Source: a bacterium
Lineage (GTDB): Bacteria; UBA8248
Length of the DNA: 64,000 nucleotides
Reading direction: 5' to 3'
NCBI GenBank assembly: GCA_965207065.1
Contig: OZ242260.1
Span: 4,256,001 to 4,320,000, forward strand
Shown: positions 41,853-50,764 of the stretch, piece by piece
Numbering within the stretch: position 1 is the stretch's first letter
Layout: the number at the start of each line of letters is the position of its first letter
Position numbers and translations under genes: made by a program
Notes under the pieces: model-generated
What the model was told of the DNA's origin: nothing
The model's database searches: none
What the model saw: the letters and a program-made list of their open reading frames with translations, nothing else

Positions 41853-42398
41853 ATGAGAAAAACAATTTTGTTCCTGATGTTCGTATCTATTGTGATGTTC
41901 TCAAGTACAAGGGTTTTATCCACCGAAAAATCTGATTCTTTCCGACAGTTCATAAATTATTTCACCACAGGAAATCCATTTAAATCTAGTGGAGGTATTG
42001 CGACAGCAAAAATCTTCAATCGAAAAAATTGTGTGGCTGGCTTTGAAGATAATAAGGGAGGCTATCTGAAAATTTATTGGAATAACATTGATGTAAATTC
42101 TATTAAAATTCAAAATAAATTTCGAAAGCCTAATCGCTTTCTATTCGGAAGTGGTGATTCTGGAGAATGGCAGAAATATATTTCGTTTTCTGGACAACCA
42201 TATGTTGCAGATGTCGATGTTAAGAATTTTCTTTTAGCAATGAATTATGCCGCTAATGGTATTCCTAACGGACAACATTCTGCTGTATCCATACCTCTTG
42301 GCGCGCCGGATGGGATAGACGATGAACGGTTGATCAAGGCACTTAGATTACTTTATTCCAAACATTGTACTGGCTCAAAAAGAAAATCTGAATTTTGA
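41853..42398 (+). CDS. Secreted hypothetical passenger protein (181 aa)
   Basis: Signal peptide MRKTILFLMFVSIVMFSS; two Cys; AAGGA RBS. Confidence 0.75.
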   Translation: MRKTILFLMFVSIVMFSSTRVLSTEKSDSFRQFINYFTTGNPFKSSGGIATAKIFNRKNCVAGFEDNKGGYLKIYWNNIDVNSIKIQNKFRKPNRFLFGSGDSGEWQKYISFSGQPYVADVDVKNFLLAMNYAANGIPNGQHSAVSIPLGAPDGIDDERLIKALRLLYSKHCTGSKRKSEF

Positions 42399-42430
42399 TA
42401 TTAGAGAATTAAAATGAGAAAGGACAAATT

Positions 42431-42667
42431 ATGCAGAAGGTGAATTTCCCCTCATTCGACGATCATACAATTGACGCTCAATTTCCCGGCATTCTTCGGG
42501 TGTCAAATCTGGAGGTTCTCCAGACCAAGAACCGAGAAACTCTAGTTCTACAGATGGTCGTGAAACCCGATCCGGAAAATGAACAACATTCGACTCCGTA
42601 TGCTTTTTCTCGTGATGCTGTGGTTTATCTGGCGGAGCAAGTGAATTCTTTTTTAGCCTCTCAGTGA
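42431..42667 (+). CDS. Hypothetical passenger protein (78 aa)
   Basis: AAGGA RBS, co-oriented with upstream passengers. Confidence 0.55.
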   Translation: MQKVNFPSFDDHTIDAQFPGILRVSNLEVLQTKNRETLVLQMVVKPDPENEQHSTPYAFSRDAVVYLAEQVNSFLASQ

Positions 42668-42811
42668 TATCTATTATATCCATTTAAGCCTCCTTTCTAG
42701 TATTTATACAAGGAAGGAGTGCGTTAGATTTCTGCATAGTTAAGTTTATAATTCCCTTATTTTTTAACCCAAAGTAGCAGAGCTACGCACGACAGATCGC
42801 TATAGAATGCC

Positions 42812-43687
42812 TTACCTGCTCGCCCCGAAAGCGCCGGCGACGCCATCGCGATTGAAGGTCCCGCCCACCTCCTCGTGAGCCGGCCCATAGAAGATTCCGT
42901 GGATGCCGCCCGTATCGAAAGTTCCGTCTGACTGAACCTGAATGGGGTTCCATGTCATGTCGGAAAGCGCATCGCCCGTTTCCCGATTCGTGATGTTCGT
43001 GAAGGAAACATCCATCTGAGCGCCTGAGGGATTCGCCATGCTGAACTCAAGCGTTGCGTCTCCTTCCACGCCGTTCCCCTGCGCGCCTCCTTCGGTCGTG
43101 ATCACGCCGAGCATGACGCCGGCATAAGTGGCGTCCGCGTCGGGGTGCGAGCCAGTGGCGTTGCCGATGGAAAGCCCCGTTCCGAAATCGGCCGACGAGA
43201 TAATTCGATCGGAATATTTCCCCCAGGCCGCAAGGAAAAAGTTGTGGACCATCCAGCCGCCATATGCCGTGGCGCTGACGGTGCTGTCCTCCCCCAATGC
43301 GAAGCTGACTGAACCGCCATACACGGGGACGCCTCTCCTCGTCAGGATTGAATGCACTTCCTGTCTTAGATTTTCTATGCTGTCCGCGTCGGTAGTCTGG
43401 AGGTCATGCACGGATACGGATTCACTGATACCCGTCCTCGATTCAGTGAGCATACAGGTTGGCCCTGTGCAGTCCGATTCGAGGGTCAATTCCACAGGCG
43501 GCAGCCCCGGGACGGCCTGAATGCGAAGGTAACTGTTGCTGATGGAGAGCGCCGCATTCTCGTTCAGTACGACGCCTTCGGTGGAGCCGGTTTCCGGCAT
43601 GGTGGCGGGGGACTCTGAACTTTTATCATCGCCGCCACAACCGAAAAGAAGAATTGCCGTTAAGAGAATCGCCGGAATCCGTCCCAT
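42812..43687 (-). CDS. Lipoprotein with C-terminal TbpB-like beta-barrel
   Basis: Lipobox LLFGC; ATYAGVMLG, MDVSFTNI, GIFYGPAHEEVGGTF...GAFGASR. Confidence 0.75.
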   Translation of the reverse strand: MGRIPAILLTAILLFGCGGDDKSSESPATMPETGSTEGVVLNENAALSISNSYLRIQAVPGLPPVELTLESDCTGPTCMLTESRTGISESVSVHDLQTTDADSIENLRQEVHSILTRRGVPVYGGSVSFALGEDSTVSATAYGGWMVHNFFLAAWGKYSDRIISSADFGTGLSIGNATGSHPDADATYAGVMLGVITTEGGAQGNGVEGDATLEFSMANPSGAQMDVSFTNITNRETGDALSDMTWNPIQVQSDGTFDTGGIHGIFYGPAHEEVGGTFNRDGVAGAFGASR

Positions 43688-43846
43688 GCCACATCCCCCT
43701 TACCGTAAGGATTCAGGCCGATGCATCGTTCGCACCGTCCGGGCTCCTTACACATCGGTATGTGATGGGCGGAAGTTTTGTTGATTCAACAGTGAATAGC
43801 AAAAAAGAAAACATCATGGCCACAAGCGGAGAAATTGCGCTATTTC

Positions 43847-44194
43847 CTACCTCCAGCGGCGCTCCTTCACCTGGGCCGCCTTGCCCTTGCGGTCTCTCAG
43901 ATAGTAGAGCTTCGCGCGGCGCACGCGGCCTTTCCGGGTAACTTCTATCTTGTCGACCCTCGGGGAATGCACCGGGAAGATGCGCTCCACACCGACGCCG
44001 TAAGAAAGCTTTCGTACGCGGAACCTCTCGCGAAGTCCGCCGCCCTGCCTGCCGATGACGACACCCTCGAATACCTGGATGCGCTCCTTGTCGCCCTCGA
44101 CGATTTTCACGTGAACGCGCACCGTATCGCCCGGCTCGAAATCGGGAACATCCTTGCGCATGCCCTCACGCTCGATTTTATCGATTATGTTCAC
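43847..44194 (-). CDS. rplS: 50S ribosomal protein L19
   Basis: [33 protein letters not shown]. Confidence 0.98.
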   Translation of the reverse strand: MNIIDKIEREGMRKDVPDFEPGDTVRVHVKIVEGDKERIQVFEGVVIGRQGGGLRERFRVRKLSYGVGVERIFPVHSPRVDKIEVTRKGRVRRAKLYYLRDRKGKAAQVKERRWR

Positions 44195-44224
44195 CTGCCT
44201 GCTCCTTGTCCTGAAAAACCGGCA

Positions 44225-44797
44225 CTATACCTCTCTTTGGCCGAGAATGCGATCTACGATAATCGCCGCAGCACCACGAACCGAGAGGTGGTTGAAGCCC
44301 GTATCGGCATTCGCCTCCACCGGACACAATACCATCTCGGACATCTCCAAAACCTCATCCGCAAGACCCCAGCTCGTGCCGAACAAAATGACGAGCGGGG
44401 CGTCTGTCTCCTTCAACTCGCCGCGCAACTCCTCATACCCCACGGCGCCGGGCACCCGCCTGGCCGTCGTGGCGGCGAGTCGGGGCCTTCTCGATTCGGT
44501 GCACTCCACCTCCTCGATGAGCGCATCCAGAGACGGCAGAACTTCGAGGAATTCGAGCGTCTCTCCCCGTTGCGGGTGCAACGCCCGGCCCGGGCCCTCC
44601 GTGAAATGCCCTATCACCCGCTCGACGAACGCCCGCTGCGGAGCAGATGGATGTACCACAAATACGCCCGTGACGCCATAGGTGCGGCCCACGCGTGCGA
44701 GATCGTGCAAATCGAGGCCCGTGACGGAAGAAGTCACCACGTTGCCCTGGCGATTCAGCACCGGGTAGTGGATGAGCGCGAGATAGACGTTGCCCAC
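44225..44797 (-). CDS. SPOUT RNA methyltransferase (DUF2168-like)
   Basis: ALIHYPV, DLHDLAR, FGTSWGL, NHLSVR. Confidence 0.85.
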   Translation of the reverse strand: MGNVYLALIHYPVLNRQGNVVTSSVTGLDLHDLARVGRTYGVTGVFVVHPSAPQRAFVERVIGHFTEGPGRALHPQRGETLEFLEVLPSLDALIEEVECTESRRPRLAATTARRVPGAVGYEELRGELKETDAPLVILFGTSWGLADEVLEMSEMVLCPVEANADTGFNHLSVRGAAAIIVDRILGQREV

Positions 44798-44812
44798 TAC
44801 GCCGCCATCCTT

Positions 44813-45541
44813 CTAAGTCTGCGAAGATTCAAGCAGGCGCAAATCCTCATCGCTCAATTCAGCCCGTTCGAACAGGTCCCGGCGCCTCTCCCGCGTTCTC
44901 TCGAGCGCCTGGCGTCTCCTCCAGAGACGAACCGCCTCGTGGTCGCCGGATAAGAGTACGTCAGGCGCGCGGACCCCCTCGAACTCCGCCGGCCGCGTGT
45001 AGTGGGGATGATCGAGAAGGCCGTCAGTGAAGCTGTCCTGGGCGGCGGAAGCATCGTTACCCAGGACGCCGGGGATGAGCCTGCCGACCGCGTCAATGAC
45101 GGCCATGGCCGGTATCTCTCCTCCCGAAAGCACGTAATCGCCGACCGAGACCTCCTCATCCACGCACAACCCGCACACCCGCTCGTCCACGCCCTCGTAG
45201 CGGCCGCAGATGAGGAGCAGCCGGGGCGCCTCTGAATACCTGCGAGCGGTCGCCTGATCGAACAGCCGCCCCTGCGGCGTGAGCAGCACCTTGAGCGGTT
45301 CGGCACCGCCCTCTTCACGAATCGCCCGGACGCCCCTCAGGATGGGTTCGGGCTTCATGACCATGCCCGCTCCGCCGCCGAAGGGAGCGTCGTCGACCTG
45401 TTGATACTTCCCCTCGGCGAAATCGCGCATGTTCCAGACCTTGAGCTCGAGAAGGCCGCCCTCGACCGCGCGCCCCACGACGCCCTCTCGAAACGCCTCC
45501 TCCACCATCCGGGGCAATACGGAAAGAACGTCGATGCGCAT
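44813..45541 (-). CDS. trmD: tRNA (guanine-N1)-methyltransferase
   Basis: VDDAPFGGGAGMV, CGRYEGVDERV, GDYVLSGGE. Confidence 0.97.
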   Translation of the reverse strand: MRIDVLSVLPRMVEEAFREGVVGRAVEGGLLELKVWNMRDFAEGKYQQVDDAPFGGGAGMVMKPEPILRGVRAIREEGGAEPLKVLLTPQGRLFDQATARRYSEAPRLLLICGRYEGVDERVCGLCVDEEVSVGDYVLSGGEIPAMAVIDAVGRLIPGVLGNDASAAQDSFTDGLLDHPHYTRPAEFEGVRAPDVLLSGDHEAVRLWRRRQALERTRERRRDLFERAELSDEDLRLLESSQT

Positions 45542-45550
45542 GACGTCTCC

Positions 45551-46057
45551 TCAATTCTCGTCGGCGAACTTTGGCGGACGGAAAATCCAGCGATCCCCAT
45601 CACGCCTCAATACGACCTCGCGCGTGGCGGGCGCGAGCAGTTCCTCTCCACCGGGGGTGCGGATGACGATGACGTCGTTTCCACCGGCCCCGAACATGTC
45701 CACCACGCGCCCGAGGGGATTTCCTCCCTCGTCGATGACTTCACAGCCTTCGAAATCCTCGAAGTAGAGAACCCCCTCATCGGGGCCATCCAGGAATTTC
45801 CTGTCCGCCAGAAAAACAACCCCCCGCAGCGCCTCGGCGTCTTCGGGGGTGTCGATTCTCTTGAACTTCCAGACGACGGCTCCCTTGCCGCCCCGGTGAC
45901 AGGCCGCTATCTCGAACCTTCTCGCAGGCTCATCTCGCGAGAACACTTCCTCTATTCGCTCATAGGCGGCCAGGTCGTCGAGCCAGGGCTCCACCCGAAC
46001 GGCTCCCTTGATGCCGTGGGGCCTGAGTGCGACGCCCACGGCCACCCTGCCGCTCAT
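45551..46057 (-). CDS. rimM: Ribosome maturation factor RimM
   Basis: PHGIKGAV, GGNDV; between rpsP and trmD. Confidence 0.92.
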   Translation of the reverse strand: MSGRVAVGVALRPHGIKGAVRVEPWLDDLAAYERIEEVFSRDEPARRFEIAACHRGGKGAVVWKFKRIDTPEDAEALRGVVFLADRKFLDGPDEGVLYFEDFEGCEVIDEGGNPLGRVVDMFGAGGNDVIVIRTPGGEELLAPATREVVLRRDGDRWIFRPPKFADEN

Positions 46058-46066
46058 GTGGCTTCC

Positions 46067-46312
46067 CTAATCGTTGATGCCTGCCCTGTCGAGAAGGTTC
46101 CTGACCGTCCGGGTCGGGATGGCGCCCTTGTCAATCCAGGCCTTCGCCTTCTCGAGATCGATGTGAACGAATGCGGGGTCTTCCGACGGATCGTAGCGGC
46201 CGATGCTTTCGATGAAACGACCATCGCGCGGCATGCGCTCATCCTGCACGACGACGCGGTAGCGCGGCGCTTTTTTCATACCCCCACGGGCAAGTCTGAT
46301 TTTTACGGCCAA
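46067..46312 (-). CDS. rpsP: 30S ribosomal protein S16
   Basis: [28 protein letters not shown]. Confidence 0.98.
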   Translation of the reverse strand: MAVKIRLARGGMKKAPRYRVVVQDERMPRDGRFIESIGRYDPSEDPAFVHIDLEKAKAWIDKGAIPTRTVRNLLDRAGIND

Positions 46313-46323
46313 AGTATATCTCC

Positions 46324-47658
46324 CTAGAAATTAAGCATTTGACGCATTCTCTGCATCTGTTTTTTCTTGCCGCCTTTTGAAAACTGCTTCATCAGTTTCT
46401 GCGTTTGCGTGAATTGCTTGAGCAGCCGGTTCACGTCCTGCACACGTGTGCCGCTCCCGGCGGCGATGCGTTTTCTGCGGCTGCCCTTGATGATTTCGGG
46501 CTTCGTGCGTTCGGCCGGCGTCATCGAATCGATGATGGCCACCGTGCGCGTGAGTTCGGTCTCGTCGATATCCACGTCGGGCATCTTGTTGCCCAGCCCC
46601 GGTATCATGGACAGGACATCACCCATCGAACCCATCTTCCGCATCTGAAGAATCTGCTCTTTCATCGTCACGAGGGTGAACGTCCCCTTGCCGAGGGACT
46701 CCACCATGGATTGCGCGTCATCGGGGGAGATGGCGGTTTCGGCCTTCTCGATGAGGGACATGACGTCCCCCATGCCCAGAACCCGGGAGGCCATTCTCTC
46801 GGGATGAAACTCCTCGAGCGCGTCGAGCTTCTCGCCCGCACCTACCATCTTGACGGGCACGCCCGTCACCGAGCGCAGCGAAAGGGCGCCCCCGCCTCTG
46901 GCATCGCCGTCGAGCTTCGTCAGTACGACGCCCGTGATGCCGATGCGGTCTGAAAACGCGGAGCCCAAGTTCACCGCTTCCTGGCCCGTCATGGCGTCCG
47001 CGACCAGGAGCACCTCATCGGGCCGCGCCGCTTCTTTCATCTCCTTCAACTCGTCCATCAGTGCGTCATCGATGTGCAGCCTGCCCGCGCTGTCCACGAT
47101 GCAGTAATCGAAATGCTCGAGCCGGGCGCGTTCCGCTGCCCGCCGGACGATTTCCACAGGACTCGTCATGCCTTCCGAATCGAACGCGTCTGCGCCCGTC
47201 TGCTCGGCCAGCCTCTTGAGCTGGGTGATGGCCGCCGGCCGCGCGACGTCCGCAGGCACGAGAAGAACGCGCAATCCCTTGCTTTTGAGCTTCAAGGCGA
47301 TCTTGCCGGCCGTCGTCGTTTTCCCCGATCCCTGTAGACCGACGAGCATCACGGTCGTGACGCCGCTCGAAGCGCGCTCGAGAGGTGCGCTCTTTGCGCC
47401 CATGAGTTCGGTGAGACGCCCCTGGACCGCCTTGATGACCTGCTGGGAGGGGTCCAAGTGCGCGACGCGCTCGACCCCGAGAAGATCCTCGCGGATTTTC
47501 GCCACCAAATCCCTGGCGACCCGGAAGTTCACGTCGGCTTCGAGCAGCGCCAGTCGAATCTCGCGAAGCGCGGAATCGACTTCTTTTTCTCCCAAAACGC
47601 CCCGGCTTCTCAAATCCTTGAAGATTCCGCCCAGACGCTCTTTCAAGCCGTCAAACAT
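46324..47658 (-). CDS. ffh: Signal recognition particle protein
   Basis: [32 protein letters not shown] domain. Confidence 0.98.
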   Translation of the reverse strand: MFDGLKERLGGIFKDLRSRGVLGEKEVDSALREIRLALLEADVNFRVARDLVAKIREDLLGVERVAHLDPSQQVIKAVQGRLTELMGAKSAPLERASSGVTTVMLVGLQGSGKTTTAGKIALKLKSKGLRVLLVPADVARPAAITQLKRLAEQTGADAFDSEGMTSPVEIVRRAAERARLEHFDYCIVDSAGRLHIDDALMDELKEMKEAARPDEVLLVADAMTGQEAVNLGSAFSDRIGITGVVLTKLDGDARGGGALSLRSVTGVPVKMVGAGEKLDALEEFHPERMASRVLGMGDVMSLIEKAETAISPDDAQSMVESLGKGTFTLVTMKEQILQMRKMGSMGDVLSMIPGLGNKMPDVDIDETELTRTVAIIDSMTPAERTKPEIIKGSRRKRIAAGSGTRVQDVNRLLKQFTQTQKLMKQFSKGGKKKQMQRMRQMLNF

Positions 47659-47785
47659 CGAACACCCCAACTGATTGATATTCAATATGTTTTCGATTTT
47701 TCACCCGCAAGGCCGGGTGAGGAACCCCAACTTATAAGGATTTTATGCCGCGAGTGTCAACCGGGTGCGGAACGGGCCGCCCTCT

Positions 47786-48043
47786 CGGGGCTGTTGAATA
47801 ACCCCTCGTTGGGGGGAGTACTTCCTCCCGAAGATTCGTAGCGGCAGCCCTGAGGAGGGGCTGTCCCACAGGTCACGGACCTGTCCCTACGGCGGCGTCC
47901 CTCGATACGGCGCGCAAGCGCGCCTACTCGGGATGATGGAGGGGGTTTTACGGATACCGTTCGGGACAAGGGGGGTATTGCGCACAAGGGCGGCGAATGC
48001 GCCGCAGGCGCTTTCCCTCTCAAGGGGGTTTTTCAACAATCCC
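47786..48043. repeat. MITE-like element containing REP-type hairpins
   Basis: Ends GGGCTGTTGAATAACCCC...GGGGTTTTTCAACAATCCC; internal GTAG/CTAC hairpin pair 47838-47890. Confidence 0.65.
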
Positions 48044-48060
48044 AAGGCGGGAGGGTTCGA

Positions 48061-48381
48061 TTACCTGGTTCGTTCGATGAGCGCGCGCAGGGCCATGCGG
48101 CTTTCCGCCTGCCCGTCGATAAGTTCGCGCAGGGTCATGCGGCTTTCCGCCTGCCCGTCGATGAGTTCGCGCAGGGCCGCCATCGACTCCTCGTGCCTGA
48201 GCCGGGATTCGGCCATCGACTCCTCGTGTCTGCGCTCGGATTCGGTCATCGTCTCATTGTGCTTGCGTTCGGAGTCGGCGGCGCGCATTTCGGCGCCCTT
48301 CGCCATGACGCGGATTCCGTAGAAGATCAGCGCGAGGCCGCCGTAGGAGGCGATGAGGTTGAGGTATTCATACGTCGTCAT
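48061..48381 (-). CDS. Small membrane-anchored repeat protein
   Basis: GGAG RBS; TM helix; three 11-aa (xSxxxHxExMx) and two 14-aa (LRELIDGQAESRMx) repeats. Confidence 0.75.
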   Translation of the reverse strand: MTTYEYLNLIASYGGLALIFYGIRVMAKGAEMRAADSERKHNETMTESERRHEESMAESRLRHEESMAALRELIDGQAESRMTLRELIDGQAESRMALRALIERTR

Positions 48382-48475
48382 TCGTTTACTCCCTGGAGGA
48401 GGGTCCCTCATACGCCTCTCGTGTACGCTCTTGAGTATAAAAAAAGCGAGTGCGTCTCGTCAATTCTTCCCGCAT

Positions 48476-49123
48476 CGGGCCTGTTGAACTCCCTTCCAGG
48501 GGTTGTTGAAAAACCCTCGCCGGGGGGTAGCGAACGCTCCCTCCCCGGTCGGGTCAAGCCCTTATTCATCAATCGCGTTTTACCCCCAACCCCCCTGTGA
48601 AGGGGTCGTTGATAAAGTCCCGATTTTGTGATTCGGCGCATGTAATCAACAGACGAGAGAGAAGAATCACTCCCCCCTTGAGGGTCGGTCTATCCTCCTC
48701 GGGTAGACCGACGAAGAGCTGAGGGCGTAAGCCCGAAAGCGATTCGGTGGGGGGTATAACTCGGAGTGGCGATAAAACGCAATTCACCCCCCACCGATTC
48801 AGCCTTCGCACAAAACGCTCGGCTTCATCGTCGGGCATTCCCCTCGGGATGCCCGACCCTCAAGGGGGGAGTGATATCTCTTTTCTCGTCGGTTGCGTCG
48901 AATCCTCATTGATTGGGACTTTTTCAACAGACCCTTGTCAGAGGGGCTTTTCTTTCACCCCCTCGTCGGGGGGTATCCGCTTTGCCCCCCTGACAAGGGG
49001 GGACAGGGGGGTTTCTTTTCCAGTCAAGAAAGGCGGACACGCAGGTCCGCCCCTACAAAGCCATCACACACCCCGGTCAACTTCATACACCGAATCACGA
49101 AACCAGGGCTTCTTCAACCGCCC
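48476..49123. repeat. Cluster of nested MITE/REP-like palindromes
   Basis: GTTGAA-type ends at 48480/48500 and 48916-32/49106-23; perfect 23-bp IR 48666-88/48853-75; CCCCTGACAAGGGGGG motif shared with 2130 region; REP ending CTAC at ~49056. Confidence 0.7.
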
Positions 49124-49791
49124 CTGATGCCGCGTATGGCCTCGGCGTAGTCTTCCGCTCCGAATACGGCGGAGCCGGCCACCAGCGCTTCTGCGCCCGC
49201 CTCGCGTATCTCCGCCGCATTGCGCGGCGTGACCCCGCCGTCGACCTCTACCAGAACCGAAAGCCCGGCCGCCTCGATCTTCTCTCTCAGGCGGCGGATC
49301 CGATCCAGGGAGGCCGGGATGAATTTCTGGCCGCCGAAACCCGGATTCACGCTCATGACGAGGACCATATCCACCTCCGGGAGCAGAGCCTCTATTGCTG
49401 AGAGCGGCGTTCCGGGGTTGAGCGTCAGCCCGACGCCCAGACCGCGCCCGCGAATGCTCTGCAAGGTGCGGTGGATGTGCCTCGGCGCCTCCACGTGAAC
49501 CGTCAGGATGTCCGCGCCCGCGTCCGCAAACGCATCGACATAGCTATCCGGATCCGCGATCATCAGGTGCACGTCGAGCACCATACCGGGGGCGGCTCTC
49601 CTGGCCGCCTCGACGCCCAAAGGCCCCACGGAAATATTGGGGACGAAACGCCCGTCCATCACGTCGAAATGCAGCCAGTCCGCCCCGGCTTCGCGCACCG
49701 CCGCTATCTCCTCGCCCATCCTCTCGAAAGAGCAAGACAGCAGAGAGGGCGCGACCCGGATTTTCCCGGGCGCCATATCGGGCTTCGCCAT
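49114..49791 (-). CDS. rpe: Ribulose-phosphate 3-epimerase
   Basis: APSLLS, HFDVMDGRFVPN, MSVNPGFGGQ, VDGG. Confidence 0.97.
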   Translation of the reverse strand: MAKPDMAPGKIRVAPSLLSCSFERMGEEIAAVREAGADWLHFDVMDGRFVPNISVGPLGVEAARRAAPGMVLDVHLMIADPDSYVDAFADAGADILTVHVEAPRHIHRTLQSIRGRGLGVGLTLNPGTPLSAIEALLPEVDMVLVMSVNPGFGGQKFIPASLDRIRRLREKIEAAGLSVLVEVDGGVTPRNAAEIREAGAEALVAGSAVFGAEDYAEAIRGIRGG

Positions 49792-49804
49792 GTCGATTCC
49801 TTCC

Positions 49805-50764
49805 CTAATGCGTTTGTTCTTCGACCAGACGGCCATCCAGGAATATACGCGCTCTGGCTTCGCCCTTCACCCGCACCAGAAGATGAATTTCCTCGCCCGC
49901 GCTCACTTCGCGGGAGAGCTCCTCGCGCGTCTGGCCGTTCGATTCGAGTTCCACGCGAAGCGCGCGCCTGGGTTTGCCGTGCGGCACGCGGTAGCGCAAG
50001 ACGATGAAATTCCCCGCCATCTGGTCCGCTCCGCGCGCCACGTCCACATGCACCCGGTGGCCCGCCAGAACGCGCCGCCCGCGCGGCGGTATCTGCGAAA
50101 CGATGGAGCCCCTGAGGGAGCCGGGGCGGTCCACGTAGCGAACACGCCCAACAGCGAGACCAAGCGTGCGAACCTTGTCGAGGGCGTTGTTGACGGGCTC
50201 CCCGATCAGGGAGGGCATGACGTAGGCGCGCTCACGGGGACCCTGGCTGACGACGAGCACCACGCCTTCGCCGCGCCTGATGCTTTCACCCTCACCCGGC
50301 CAGATGCCCAGAATTTGGTCGATGGGCCGTTCGGGATCATACAACCGCTCCACCAGCCGGACGCGAAGACCATCCTGGCGGATGAGACTCTCCGCGCGGT
50401 TCAGGTTCTTGCCCACCACCGCAGGCACCGCCACGTCGCGCGGGCCCTTGCTGAGAACGAGCGATACGGTTCTTCCCTTGCGTATGCGGCGTCCGCCGGG
50501 AGGATTCTGGCGTACGACGTGGTTCATGGACACCGCATCGCTGAACACGCGCCCGGTGACCTGCATGGGTATTCCCTTCTCCCCCAGCAGTTCCAGCGCG
50601 CGAATCACGTCGAGACCCGCAACCCGGGGCAGGAAGACGCCCTCCCCTCCCCGGAAGAGGTAGAGGCCCGCAGCGCCCCCGGCGCCGCCCAGCGCGACCA
50701 GGAGCGCAATCCAGAAAACGCCCTTCAGTATCCCTTTCAGCAATTTCCGCCCTCTTTGCGCCAA
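49805..50764 (-). CDS. PASTA domain membrane protein
   Basis: TM helix plus three PASTA repeats (LPRVAG, VPAVVG, MPSLIG). Confidence 0.88.
   Translation of the reverse strand: MAQRGRKLLKGILKGVFWIALLVALGGAGGAAGLYLFRGGEGVFLPRVAGLDVIRALELLGEKGIPMQVTGRVFSDAVSMNHVVRQNPPGGRRIRKGRTVSLVLSKGPRDVAVPAVVGKNLNRAESLIRQDGLRVRLVERLYDPERPIDQILGIWPGEGESIRRGEGVVLVVSQGPRERAYVMPSLIGEPVNNALDKVRTLGLAVGRVRYVDRPGSLRGSIVSQIPPRGRRVLAGHRVHVDVARGADQMAGNFIVLRYRVPHGKPRRALRVELESNGQTREELSREVSAGEEIHLLVRVKGEARARIFLDGRLVEEQTH

Larger units (their letters stand above)
38756..42756. mobile_element. IS1595-family insertion sequence carrying passenger genes (4001 bp)
   Basis: Perfect 24-bp IRs GGGAATTATAAACTTAACTATGCA (38756-38779 / 42733-42756); 8-bp TSD TTATTTTT (38748-55 / 42757-64); internal DDE transposase; sharply AT-richer than flanks. 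Confidence 0.93.

Noticed and set aside
42429-42683. Minus-strand 84-aa ORF
   Set aside because: Fully overlaps the + strand 78-aa ORF that is co-oriented with the cargo genes; it has a good RBS (AGGAGG), so the choice is tentative
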